From the NCBI GenBank assembly GCA_002269645.1, contig NIVC01000714.1, forward strand, positions 1-64,000: a DNA stretch of 64,000 nt, in the 5' to 3' direction. Position 1 is the first letter of the stretch, and every line of letters starts with the position of its first letter. Source of the stretch: Macrostomum lignano (taxonomy: Eukaryota). The notes below the pieces were generated by a model that had not been told where the DNA came from, did not search any database, and saw nothing but the letters and a program-made list of their open reading frames with translations. Below, piece by piece: positions 10,448 through 22,174 of the stretch. Position numbers and translations under genes: made by a program.

Positions 10448-13400
10448 CTAAACCCAATCTCCTAAACCTAACCTCCAATGCCCGAACAGTAGACTGTTAA
10501 TATTGTCATCAAAAATGAATCTCTTGTTATCTGCACCTGACAGTCCAATCTTTTTTTGCTGAATTGTGTGAATAATATGGTTTTTGGATTGTAGCTTTGA
10601 GAACTCATGTGATGTCTTTTTGTTGCAATTCAAGGCGTCTCTGTATTCAGCTTCATTAATTTCCTTCCTAACCACGCGTTTCGGAATTCCCTTTGATTTT
10701 TTAATTGGGTCTGACGACTCACATTTTACAAAATAGGACTTTGCTCTCAACCCAATGAATTCAGTGATTATGTCACCAGCAATCTCGTCCTTCATTTTCC
10801 CAATCACTTTCTTGTTAGTGGCGTCAAACACTTGATCGCCATTCTGTGTCCTGAAAGATTCATCATACTCAGACAAGTCAAACAAATCTTTTTGCTGCAG
10901 CATGTCCTGATAAATGTCTTCTGTTTGAATGTCCATAATAAAACTGTCTGTGTCAGTGTACAAGAGTTTCATTTTATCCTTGTACTGCTGCTTCATGCCA
11001 TAGAAGAACTGGTACATCAGACGTTTTGATTCGTCGAGAACAGTGACACCTGTATAGATCGGCTTGCGCAGCGTCACCTTGGTTTTGTAAAATATGATCA
11101 CACCTAAGTAGCTATTAAAGATATGGAGTTCTTTGAATGTTGGCTTTGACATATTTGCTGAATAACAGCAGGCTCTGATGAGGTAACAAGTTTCAGGTTT
11201 GTTGTTTTCCTCTCATTTTCAAGAGTCTTGCCATAGACAGAGTTGTTGGCCAACTTAAAGAGGTTCTTGTCAAAGTCGTTGGTTGCTTTGGTCCTAAATT
11301 GGGTGTTCTTATCAATGTAGGGTTTCATCCACGCTTCCTCTGTAAATGTAAGAGCCCTGTGAACTTTGGTGACCCTGCAACCAAGTGAGATAAAATACTG
11401 AAGCAGTTTGTAATGGATTTTGTAACGTGTCTTGTTGTTTAGATTCTGTGTTAGTTTCTCTGTATGTTCTTTTTCTGTTCCTGACAGGTGCCAAGTTCCA
11501 TTATTATCATTGGGAGTTTCGATTATTTTCGGGCACTTGATGTTCTCTGGGAAGGGTGGAAAGTCAGAGAAATAGTCGTGAAGCTCTGGTGGAATGTAAA
11601 CATCAACTTCATAAATGGCAGCCAATGAAAAGTCCCACTTTAGTTCTGATGAGGGTAGCCATCGAAAATCTCTAACTGGAAGATCTTGACTCATCGCCCA
11701 CCCGTAGAGATTATTAGCGTCCAAGTAAGTAATGTAGTTTGAGGGCTGCTCCTTATTGTAAGATTCAATGTAGGGATTGTTTGCTTTTGCATACCTGTTA
11801 ACGCAAATTGAGATCCCCCCTCGTTTTGACGATTCGACAAAATTGTACATGTCAATGTCTGTAAGAAGTTCAATGTACCAATCTGGATCTTGATCCCATT
11901 TCATTTTAAGCAAAGATTCCCAGCTAGTGGCAGGGAGAGACACATAATGTGCTGGATCGAGGCCATATGCTGTGTACCAGGTGTATCTGAAGGTTTCAAA
12001 CACATCGGCCAGCAGAAACACATCTGTGAAGAGGTAAAGCAGGTGAAACTGGAAGAAGTTTTGACAATTAAAGTAATTATAGACATGCTTCGCGTGCTCA
12101 TAGTCTTTGTCAGAGATGCCAGAGTCTGTTAGCTTTGAAAAGAATTTCTCCTGTGGTGGTAAACCTTCTTCAAATACGTGATACCCAGTAATATTCTCAT
12201 AGGGGTAGAAGCCTTTCTTTCTTAAAAGTTTAAATGATTCATCAGTTCTTGCAAATATCTTTGTATATGTACATTGTTCATCTTTTAGATTCTTGCTTAG
12301 TTCGTCTAGACTGGCAGCTAGAAATTGATATGAATCCTTCAGTCTTATCTTACCTTTACTGTTACCCAAATTATCCTGTTTAATATCAACACACTTAAAC
12401 TTCTTGTTTCTGCGATGCAATCAAGGTGTATGTCTGGAATCATGCCGATTTTTTCAACTATTAAATGCATGTCATAGTTCTTTGCGTTGTGACAAAATAT
12501 CGTTAGATCATGAATGTTGATTTTAGCTTTAGATTACAGGTGTTATGCGCTGCACCTCTAAATTTCCCAGTAAAGTGGCAGTGGTCCCTAACGGTGGGGT
12601 TTTTAAAATCAGTGCAAGTTAACTGTTTCCTGCAGATGTGGCAATGAGTTGCTGATAGGAAATTGCTTTCATCCTCCTCAGTCATCATTATTGGAACAGG
12701 TTGAAGAGTGCTAATTACTCTTTGCAACTCTAACATTCTGGCAATAAACTGCTCCACACACTGGTCTCCAAAGAAATAATTATACTCAACAAGTCCTTTT
12801 GTATTAATAAAGGCATATGCTACTGAATTGGGGACATGTTTTTGAGTTTGAGTTTGTTTTTGAGTATGAGTTTGTTTTTGAGTTTCTGGCATGATTGAGC
12901 ATTCGAAATCAGCATATACAACAAACGGGAGCTTCTCCATCTTGTGATAGTTCTTAAAACGGAGATACTTCTCTTCAGCTGAAGGAAGAGAGCAATTGGT
13001 CGGGTGATCCTCGCATGATAATTCATGCTCTGTTAGTTTTTCAAAGCGTTCAGGTCCACTGTAATGCTTAAGGCACAAGCGGCAGATGGCAACAGCCTCG
13101 TGATGATTATTCAACTGTTTGTGAATGAGTCTTGAAAGATCTTTAATCCAAACATAGTGAGCCTCCTCTAGTAAATTACCAATCACTAGAAGATCCACTT
13201 CAGTCCGCCTTTTCCCCTCAGGATCTAAAACGTCTTTGCTACATCTGACCGGTTGAACTTTCTCAGTTTTTTCACTCCACTGAAAGACTGTGATTCTAAT
13301 TTTGTTATTAAACACTTCTTCTAGCTTTGGGATCTGAGAGATCGCCAAGCCTCCTTTGTCAAACCTGATTCCCTTCTTTTCACATTCGATGAGATAGTGC

Positions 13401-14290
13401 TTGAAATAATTTTGATAATTTGAGGTTCTTTCGGGGTGGTGAGAGACACTATCATGATGAAGTGCAGAAAGAACTGCCAATAGAGCACAGCAGTTGTCTT
13501 TATTATTAACATTTATGCAAGCTTTTTTGCCGGCTAGCTTATGCGGGAGATCTATATAAGAGGAGTCTTTAAGTGGGTCATATTTCATGACCATAACAGT
13601 CGCTCTTTGAATCCCTCCCACGACCCATCCGGAACCTCTGGATGTAAACGCTTCAATTTTCTTAGTGACATCTTGAAGGAAAGGATCCAGTGTGTCTGTA
13701 GGGGTGAATGGCTTTGCCTTTGTTGTCATGTAATACTCGAGATGTTCAGTGGGTTTTGCAGGCATATAAAACGCAATCTTGAATGATATCTGTAGTTTAA
13801 AGGTCTTGCGTGTTTTGAGTGTGTGATCAACAACTGATTGGATGCTGTCTTTATAGTCGTAGATGTTTGCGGTGGTGCCGTTTATTGGGATTGTGTACTC
13901 TATGTAATGTTCTGTAAACTTCCTCTGTGCAAAATTAATCTCTTCAATGGCAAGCTCAGACTCTTTTAAATGTATTAATTGCTCTAATTTCTCTTGTTCC
14001 TGCTTATTTTGTGGGTACTTTGCTTTTTCACCAGTGAGAGTTTCGTATTTGTTAACTAAGTTGCGACTCCTCTCTTGGTGTTCCTTTGCAGGATTTTGTA
14101 TAGGCGCATACTGGTTTGATTCTAATTGTTTTATGATTTCCAACTGTTTTTCATAGCTTCCCAGGTGACCAGGGTCGGTGTTAAACTTTTGTTTACATTC
14201 TTTTCTTAGTAAATTACTTTTGTCTTGAAATGAGACGCCTTTTGAAAAATATTTGTTGACTAAATCTCTTGCTGGATTGGCTTTTGGCAT
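10448..14290 (-). CDS. polB: Protein-primed family B DNA polymerase with endonuclease VII-like domain; three frameshifts
   Basis: RDHCHFTGKFRGAAHNTCNL (Endo VII), HNAKNYD and LKDSY (exonuclease), YLDANNLYGWAM, KLANNSVYGK, YTDTDS, KSKG motifs. Junctions at short A runs near 12520, 12410 and 11155. Confidence 0.95.
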
Positions 14291-14413
14291 TTTTTCTCGA
14301 AAATATAAAAAAATTTTGAGGGTGACCACCCTGATAGAAAAGTTGAACTGTTTCTACATCCTATCAGTAGCTTTAGGTTTATGAAGCTGGATAAAGTGGG
14401 GTTTTAAACCTCA

Positions 14414-14878
14414 TCACATGCGCATTATTGTAAACCCAGCATTGTGCAGTGTCATGATGGCTTTGACAATGTCAGACTTGCTTACAGAATTTTCATGCAC
14501 ACAAGCATCATGATCATCACAATCATCAAAATCAGGGCAGCCCTCTCCTGCCTTAATTGTTATACCTTTGTCTCTTGCAATCTTTTGTAATTCTAGCTGG
14601 TGGGCTCTATCATTCCCAGCTTTAACAGCAGTTGCTACACCTCCAGCTACACCACCTGCGGCACTTACGGCACCTGCAATGATTGGGATAAGAGCTGCTA
14701 ATGGTAGGATTCCTCCTGACTTTTCATCTGTGATGCTGTGTCTTTGTTCATTACATTGAACTATTTGCTGCACGGGATCGATTTTTACTTTGGCACCTTT
14801 AATTGATATAAGACCTGGTTTCTTTGATTCAATGATTTTATTGAGTTTATTGATGGTTCTGGTTTCAATCTTTGTCAT
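14414..14878 (-). CDS. Adenovirus pX/mu-like core protein, 154 aa
   Basis: KSGG-ILPLAALIPIIAGAVSAAGGVAGGVATAV closely mirrors adenovirus pX (GGILPLLIPLIAAAIGAVPGIASVA). Confidence 0.7.
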   Translation of the reverse strand: MTKIETRTINKLNKIIESKKPGLISIKGAKVKIDPVQQIVQCNEQRHSITDEKSGGILPLAALIPIIAGAVSAAGGVAGGVATAVKAGNDRAHQLELQKIARDKGITIKAGEGCPDFDDCDDHDACVHENSVSKSDIVKAIMTLHNAGFTIMRM

Positions 14879-14894
14879 TTTTTGTTTTAATATT

Positions 14895-15911
14895 TTAATT
14901 AATTTCTGTGTCAGCTGGTATCACTAGGAGTTCAGCTCTAGTGAATGACCGCGTGGGGGATTTAGGGTTAAAGGCCTGAGATAAAAAGTAATACTCTCCA
15001 GAGTCGGAGGTAAAATGTCTGTCTATTTTATGTACATCAAGGCTGAAGTATGGATCTGTAGCTCTTCTTTTAGTGTCCTTCTCTAGCTCTCCAGGTAGAT
15101 ATAAAAAGCGTAGAAACTCAGAGTTTGTCAGTATGTATGGTGATTCAACTCCCGGTAGCTTAGGGTAGTTCGAGGTGTGTTTTGTGTTGTGCTTGTTGTC
15201 TGTTCTATGAGATGTCTTAAGTTTGACAATGTCTTGTTTAATTGCATGGGACGGTTTCAATCCAGTCATGCGTGTGACTTCATTGTTCAGTTGCTCTATA
15301 ACAATGGGGAGTCTTTCTGTCCACTTGGTATAGTACTGCCCCGCACTCAGTTTGAGTTCTTGCGCTGTCTGCTTAGTGAATAGTCTCTTGGCTAGAGTTA
15401 AATTAAATCTCTCAACGTACGCTTGGTCCCTGTGCAGGTCTGTTCTTCCGTAGCGAATCTTCGTATTTTTCTTTTCCATAAGGGATTTGACTGCACCCAT
15501 GAATTCCTTACCCGGGTCGGTCATAAAGGTTTGGGGGTATCTGAGCGGAGAGTTTTTATAAATATCTTGCAGTGCGGCTGCAACTGCTTCTGATTGTTTA
15601 GTCTTTAGTGGGCGAGCTTCCTTATATCTGGAGGCAATGTCTGTAATGGTAAGAGCATACTTGTAGCCTGAGTCATTGGGGAGAAACAGAAGATCTGCTT
15701 GGTGCGCCTCATTAGGTTTATAAATACTGAAATGGGGCCTTTCAAATTTTACTGGTGGGAAATAGACTTGAAAGACAGCCTGCTTAGAGAGCCATTTTTC
15801 TACTGTAGCTTTTGGCTCCTTACTCAGCTCCATGAGTTTACTAACGGCATTTTTGCCTACAAAGAATCCTTTGTCGCTGTAGTAGAGTTTTTTAAGTTTC
15901 TGATCTGTCAT
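14895..15911 (-). CDS. int: Retroviral-type (rve) integrase, 338 aa, intact
   Basis: DDE triad HQADL / MTDPGKEF / YVERFNLTL; LYY N-terminal motif typical of Polinton integrases. Confidence 0.95.
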   Translation of the reverse strand: MTDQKLKKLYYSDKGFFVGKNAVSKLMELSKEPKATVEKWLSKQAVFQVYFPPVKFERPHFSIYKPNEAHQADLLFLPNDSGYKYALTITDIASRYKEARPLKTKQSEAVAAALQDIYKNSPLRYPQTFMTDPGKEFMGAVKSLMEKKNTKIRYGRTDLHRDQAYVERFNLTLAKRLFTKQTAQELKLSAGQYYTKWTERLPIVIEQLNNEVTRMTGLKPSHAIKQDIVKLKTSHRTDNKHNTKHTSNYPKLPGVESPYILTNSEFLRFLYLPGELEKDTKRRATDPYFSLDVHKIDRHFTSDSGEYYFLSQAFNPKSPTRSFTRAELLVIPADTEIN

Positions 15912-15939
15912 TTTTTAAAAAAAAATTTTAAATAAAATA

Positions 15940-16440
15940 ATGCAGCGCTCTGGTGGTAAAATAGATTCACATGGACTGATAGAAAAGCTTCCTCATCCAA
16001 ACAAAGGCTGGACAGTTCCCGGCTATAAATATTGCGGGCCTTTGAATCCTCTTGAAATACAGCTGGATGGAAACAACAACCCAAATCCTGGACATGAGCC
16101 TGTGAACGAGCTAGACTCTGTCTGCATGTGGCACGACGTTAAGTATAGGGATTATCCAGAGGAGAAGAATCGCTGGGACAAAGAAATGCTTAGGAGACTA
16201 GACAGTATAGGGACTTCAAGCGGATTTCGTGAGTCGATTGCTAGGAAATTAGTCAAGGCGGTTATTTTTGGTAAGACAAAATTGGGGTTGGGGATCGACG
16301 GCGAGGGCGGGTGCATAGGGAGAGAGGGTGGGTGCACGGGGAGAGAGGGTGGAGGCTCGGGAACAGGGTTTATTTTGTGCGCTCCTAACAATGAACTGGG
16401 AAGACTTTTGAAAGATATGGGGGTAGAGAGAGGCGCTTGA
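15940..16440 (+). CDS. Parvovirus VP1u-like phospholipase A2 protein (PLA2X-like), 166 aa
   Basis: Ca-binding loop PGYKYCGP and catalytic HDVKY...D. Confidence 0.9.
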   Translation: MQRSGGKIDSHGLIEKLPHPNKGWTVPGYKYCGPLNPLEIQLDGNNNPNPGHEPVNELDSVCMWHDVKYRDYPEEKNRWDKEMLRRLDSIGTSSGFRESIARKLVKAVIFGKTKLGLGIDGEGGCIGREGGCTGREGGGSGTGFILCAPNNELGRLLKDMGVERGA

Positions 16441-16839
16441 GTCGGGAAGGGTTTAACTACGAGCGTATTATTCTCAGCCCTGGCCAAACGCAACAGCTGC
16501 ATTTTTAAAAGTTGAGAAAAGTAGCCCTCTAATCGATTTTTGCGAATGTATTGGTAGGAATTTTGTCCATACAATCTTAGGAAAGGAAAGAGTGAGGTTG
16601 GGAGTCTTAGCTCGCTTTGCTGGTGTTGGGTGCTTGTGTAGAGCGGGTGGGGTGGCTTGATCGATCGAACGCAACAGCTAGTAACAGAAATTTCGCGTAG
16701 ATACGAGCGCATGTACATTTGAAAACGATTTTTAGCTCTCTATATCTTCACACGCATTGTGCACTGAGAAATAGAAGCGACAGATTATAGTTTTTTATGT
16801 GCAACTACTTTACGCTTCTGCTGCTCGACTGAAACCGTA

Positions 16840-17524
16840 ATGGCTTCTAGTTCATCTATGGATGTCGATTGGTGTTTAAACCTGTCTGGCGAAACAGCGA
16901 AACGGAGACTATGCGAGGTCTTATCTGAGACTTTAGTAGAAATCAAGGATCCAGTTAGAGCTGCGGAGAAAAGACAAAAAATCGCCAGATTTTTCGGGCT
17001 CAACGAAGAGTTGCTGCAAATGGAAGTCCTCACTCTAACGCAGCGGCAGAAGAAGGAGGCGAGTGATCGCATGGCGGCGCTTGATGCAGAGCGGCGAGCT
17101 AAGCGCAAAGAAGACTTCAAACGGAAGCTCACCGCCTCACGAATTCCCCAAGCGGATGTTGGGATACCTTCCGATAATGAAGGTGGTGATGTGGTAAAGC
17201 GTCTGCAGTGCGCTCTGCTTCGTCTGAAAAGGTCGCAGAAGAGTGGTCTGCTTCATGCGATCCAATGTGGAAAAATTTTGTTGACATTTAAAACCGGTAA
17301 CAAAAACTACGATAGGAAGGCCCGAAAACAGAATTTTGACTATCTTCTCGATAAAGTAAAACCTCAAGGTTTCGTCGGCCAATCTTTATATGAAGTTATT
17401 CAAACTGGAAAGTGAATACCCTGGTCTTAAGCAAGTCTCGCTGCCGCTTCGTGATCTGAACGCTAATATGTCAACATTAGTTGAAATCCTTGAGGATGAT
17501 CAGTCATGGAAGCAACTTGTCTGA
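16840..17524 (+). CDS. Unknown protein with DUF3102-like helical segment; probable frameshift near 17372
   Basis: LLHAIQCGKILLTFK motif; a shifted frame SANLYMKLFKLESEYPGL...WKQLV* continues to 17524. Confidence 0.55.
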
Positions 17525-17527
17525 AAA

Positions 17528-17880
17528 TAGAAAGCGCTAGCCTGCTTCGGATTGGTCAGAAAAAGCCAACGCGTTGGCATTTTTTCCTATTGCAAGAGCA
17601 AAAGAAATAATTTTTTATAGAAAGCGCTAGCCTGCTTCGGATTGGTCAGAAAAAGCCAACGCGTTGGCATTTTTTCCTATTGCAAGAGCAAAAGAAATAT
17701 TTTTTTCTAGAAAGCGCTAGCCTGCTTCGGATTGGTCAGAAAAAGCCAACGCGTTGGCATTTTTTCCTATTGCAAGAGCAAAAGAAAGAATTTTTTATAG
17801 AAAGCGCTAGCCTGCTTCGGATTGGTCAGAAAAAACCAACGCGTTGGCATTTTTTCCTATTGCAAGAGCAAAAGAAAGAA
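17528..17880. repeat. Four 90-bp tandem repeats with palindromic core GCCAACGCGTTGGC (degenerate fifth copy at about 17945-18003)
   Basis: Units start at 17528, 17618, 17708 and 17798; each holds AGCGCT, ATTGG and the 14-bp palindrome. Confidence 0.95.
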
Positions 17881-18040
17881 ATAGTTGTATAAGATATAGT
17901 ACGAGTAATTATTTTTTTTGTTAAATATTTTTGTATTTTACGCACGCTCTAGCTTGCGTTCGATTGGCCAGAAAAGGCTAACGCGTTAAAAATTTTTCCT
18001 ATTCTGGTACCAGCTGTGTGTGACATGTTATTTATGATAT

Positions 18041-18362
18041 ACTACAACCCCACCTGCTGTAGGGGTTGTAGCCTAGTGGTTAGGGCGTCGGACTCACGAC
18101 TTGAAGGTCGGGGGGTTCGATTCCCGATCCCACTGCAACAATTTGTGTCCTTAAGCAAGGCACTTTACTCCGCATTGCTTCAGTTCATCCAGCTGTAAAA
18201 TGGGTACCAGCATTAGCTGGAGTAATTGAGGGTGTGTGTGGCGACCCCCCCCAGTCCTTGGACTGAACAGCCGTACGCAGCTTTCAGATGAGCTGCGCAA
18301 TAGCTGCGGCTGAGCTGTCGGTTGCACATCTGCCCATTGGTAATCAATTATCAATTTATTAA
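18041..18362 (+). mobile_element. tRNA-derived SINE inserted in the Polinton
   Basis: A box TAGCCTAGTGG (18069-18079), B box GGTTCGATTCC (18114-18124), body GTGTCCTTAAGCAAGGCACTT...CCAGCTGTAAAATGGGTACC resembling conserved SINE central domains (Nin/Deu/V type), ATCAATT tail, 9-bp TSD TTATGATAT (18032-18040, 18363-18371). Confidence 0.85.
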
Positions 18363-18507
18363 TTATGATATGCTATTTACTCATTCTTCTAAATAAAAAG
18401 TGACAGACACAATCTTCAAACCAGCTTTGCTGATATTTAATTTAGATGAGTTTGTCCATGTGCTGATTTATTATTGGATAATGCAGAATTTAATGTTTCG
18501 GCTTATA

Positions 18508-19042
18508 TTTCGAGACACCTGATGCGAGTAAGCCAGATAAAAAACTGTTCCCTGTTAAACTATCCTATGATCTCACTGTAATGAGAGTGGTCATGCAAGT
18601 TCACAAAGATGCGGAGGTTGAGTTTAAAGATGACACTTGGTATAGGGAATTAGGATTCGAGAAGAAAGTTTATAAGGCAGAATCCGCGGCGCGGACCACC
18701 ACTCAAGCGACGGGGGCCGTTATCATGGCCCGGGAAAGTGTACGCGGTTTGTTCCTAGCACCCAATATAGCAGAAATTGTAAAGGGTTTGAATATTCTAA
18801 TCAGAACTAATCTCAGTCTTGATTGGGTATTTAAGGGAAAGCGAACTAATATTTTGTACAAAATCTCCAACTCTGTAGCTGGAGGACAGATGGTGGTAGA
18901 GAAACCAAATCCAGTGAAAAGAGTTGTATTGAGTAATAAGGAGATTCACGAGATTGTGCTACAGTTTGAGACTGAAGATGGGGTGGGTGTTGATTTCAAC
19001 GGTGAAGAGTTTGTATTGACGTTGATCATTGAGAGAATGTGA
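18508..19042 (+). pseudogene. 5'-truncated diverged paralog of the penton gene (C-terminal about 178 codons, open frame)
   Basis: FETPDASKPDKKLFPVKLSYDLTVMRVVMQ...VLTLIIERM aligns with residues from about 126 to the end of the 3665-4522 protein; in-frame stop just upstream; first ATG at 18581. Confidence 0.85.
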
Positions 19043-19177
19043 GAAAAGAATTACAATTGCCTAATGATTTCTGCAAAGTTATAGTAGCTGTCAAAATCAT
19101 TATTGACTACTCCATACTTATGAAACCAGTGTCTTTGGAGAGCTAGATTAATATTAGGGACATTGATATCAACGCCG

Positions 19178-20003
<826 letters not shown>

Positions 20004-20355
20004 ATACTGTTTAGTTACCTGTATATAATTACATAAATGACAGCTGTTGTCGGAAACGCTAGAAATCAGTGCTCTACAATTTGCTAAAGCCACCCTGTTA
20101 AACTTCTTTTCTCGGCGCTCTGCCGCTCAGATTTTCTCTGGGGATTAGACAAGAAATCAATGCGCTCTCTGGGGTGCTTGAAGGTCGTCTTTGACGCTTT
20201 GGGAGTGACAGGCCAAGGTGAGAAATTGACTGTCAGGGGTTATGCTGGGTAACTGGGGTAATCCAATAGCTACCTGATTGCATAGCTCGCATATCACGAT
20301 TGAAGTATGAAAGTAGGGCCTTAGACACTGAGTCCTGAGATACTCAGACACTGTG

Positions 20356-20432
<77 letters not shown>

Positions 20433-20457
20433 CACGGACAAACAGACACACAGACAC

Positions 20458-20552
<95 letters not shown>

Positions 20553-20741
20553 AAGACAGACAGACAGACAGACAGACAGACACACAGACAAACAGACAGA
20601 CAAATAGACAGACACACGGACAAACAGACAGATAGACAGACAGACAAACAGACAGGCACACGGACAGACAGACAGACAGACAGACACGCAGACAGACAAA
20701 CAGACAGACACACGGACAAACAGACAGACAGACAGACAGAC
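20356..20741. repeat. (CAGA)n microsatellite
   Basis: Direct inspection; source of the spurious CLSV/RQTD ORFs. Confidence 0.97.
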
Positions 20742-21682
20742 GGGCACAATTTTAAGTTTTCGCGAGCACTTCCGTCCTAAATTCCGCATCAGAGTATGGT
20801 TCAAGAATTCCAGTTCAAACGCTATAGTTCGCTCTGTTTATAACTGCAGTTGCAAGCTTTTTAGACTTCAAAAAATGCGCATTGAAGCAGTTCGTTGTGT
20901 CTGTCGTGGTGTCGTGGGAAGCATCGATCTGTGCAGCTGCACATCAGTTGTCGAATCCCCGGTTAGAGAGGCCTAGCCGGAAGCCAACACGGCGTCAGGG
21001 AGAGTTTTGTGTGAAAGAATGAAGAGAGGAGGCTGCATGGGAAAATGCGGAACTGCATGTCACGAATGGGAGGGGAAGAGTTTGTAGGGAAGTCACAGCA
21101 GTTTAAACAGCTATTAGCTTCGGAATGGCACAGATAATATACTCTGCTTTTATGGTGGCAGCACTTTCACTCCGCCTGGGCCGCACTCGATTCGCGATGA
21201 AAACTAGAAAAAAGTGAAAGTTTTTTTTCGTTGGCAAGCATTTTGCTCCGCAAGGCTGTGGAGCTGCTATATAGGCAGATGCCCATTATTCCTTAATGGT
21301 CGCTACATTTTTTCACAATTGAGCTCACGAGGTTTAAGGGGCGAATTCCCCGTGGGTTTTCTTTCATAAAAAAGCTTATCCTTACATTCACGGGATAAAA
21401 TGGGTTGCTTCCAGGTGCACTCTTCTGTATTTCTAAGTTGGGGTGTTGAGAAAGAATTTTCATATCAGACAGATCGCTTAAAAATGCATTATCAGAACTT
21501 ATCATGACTGTCTCCTCACCTTTCACATCTTGTATTCTGTCGAAAATGTGTGATAGTTATTCTATATTTTGTCAGATCAGTACAGGACAGCACAGAAAAC
21601 AGACTGTCATTGTTGATCCATTGTCCTCTGATTATTAAAATGGAACGGATAACATTCAAAATCTGGTTAAAATAGGCCACAG

Positions 21683-22033
21683 CAGAGGTCACAGTAGGGG
21701 TCGCAGCAGGGGTCACGGTAGGGGTCACAGTAGGGGTCACGGTAGGGGTCACAGTAGGGGTCACGGTAAGGGTCACAGTAGGGGTCACAACAAGGGTCAC
21801 AGCAGGGGTCATAGCAGGGGTCATAGCAGGGGTCACAGTAGGGGTCACAGTAGAGGTCACAACAAGGGTCACAGAAGGGGTCATAGCAGGGGTCACAGCA
21901 GGGGTCACAGTAGGGGTCACAGTAGAGGTCACAAAGGGTCACAGCAGGTCACAGCAGGGGTCATAGCAGGGGTCACAGCAGGGTCACAGCAGGGGTCATA
22001 GCAGGGGTCACAGCAGGGGTCACAGCAGGGGTC
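21683..22033. repeat. 12-bp minisatellite (GGGGTCACAGYA)
   Basis: Direct inspection. Confidence 0.95.
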
Positions 22034-22174
22034 GCAATAACGTGTAAACCATAGAATCGCAGTTATGATCGCAAACTCACAGCAATTGAAACCACAGATG
22101 GAAAATTTGCACAATGCAGGCCGAACAGTTAGGAATAAAAGTGTCATTTGTGTGTCAGTTGTCATTGCGCAGTG

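Noticed and set aside
4545-14290. Programmed ribosomal frameshifting in MCP, protease or PolB
   Set aside because: Too many sites, mixed directions, and mostly short homopolymers with no consistent slippery heptamer; sequencing error or decay is simpler.
17528-17880. CRISPR-like array of palindromic repeats
   Set aside because: Units are head-to-tail with no unique spacers, there are no cas genes and the context is eukaryotic.
18062-18135. tRNA-Val(CAC) gene
   Set aside because: The acceptor stem does not close (GGGGTTG has no downstream partner); it continues into a SINE body and is bounded by a TSD.
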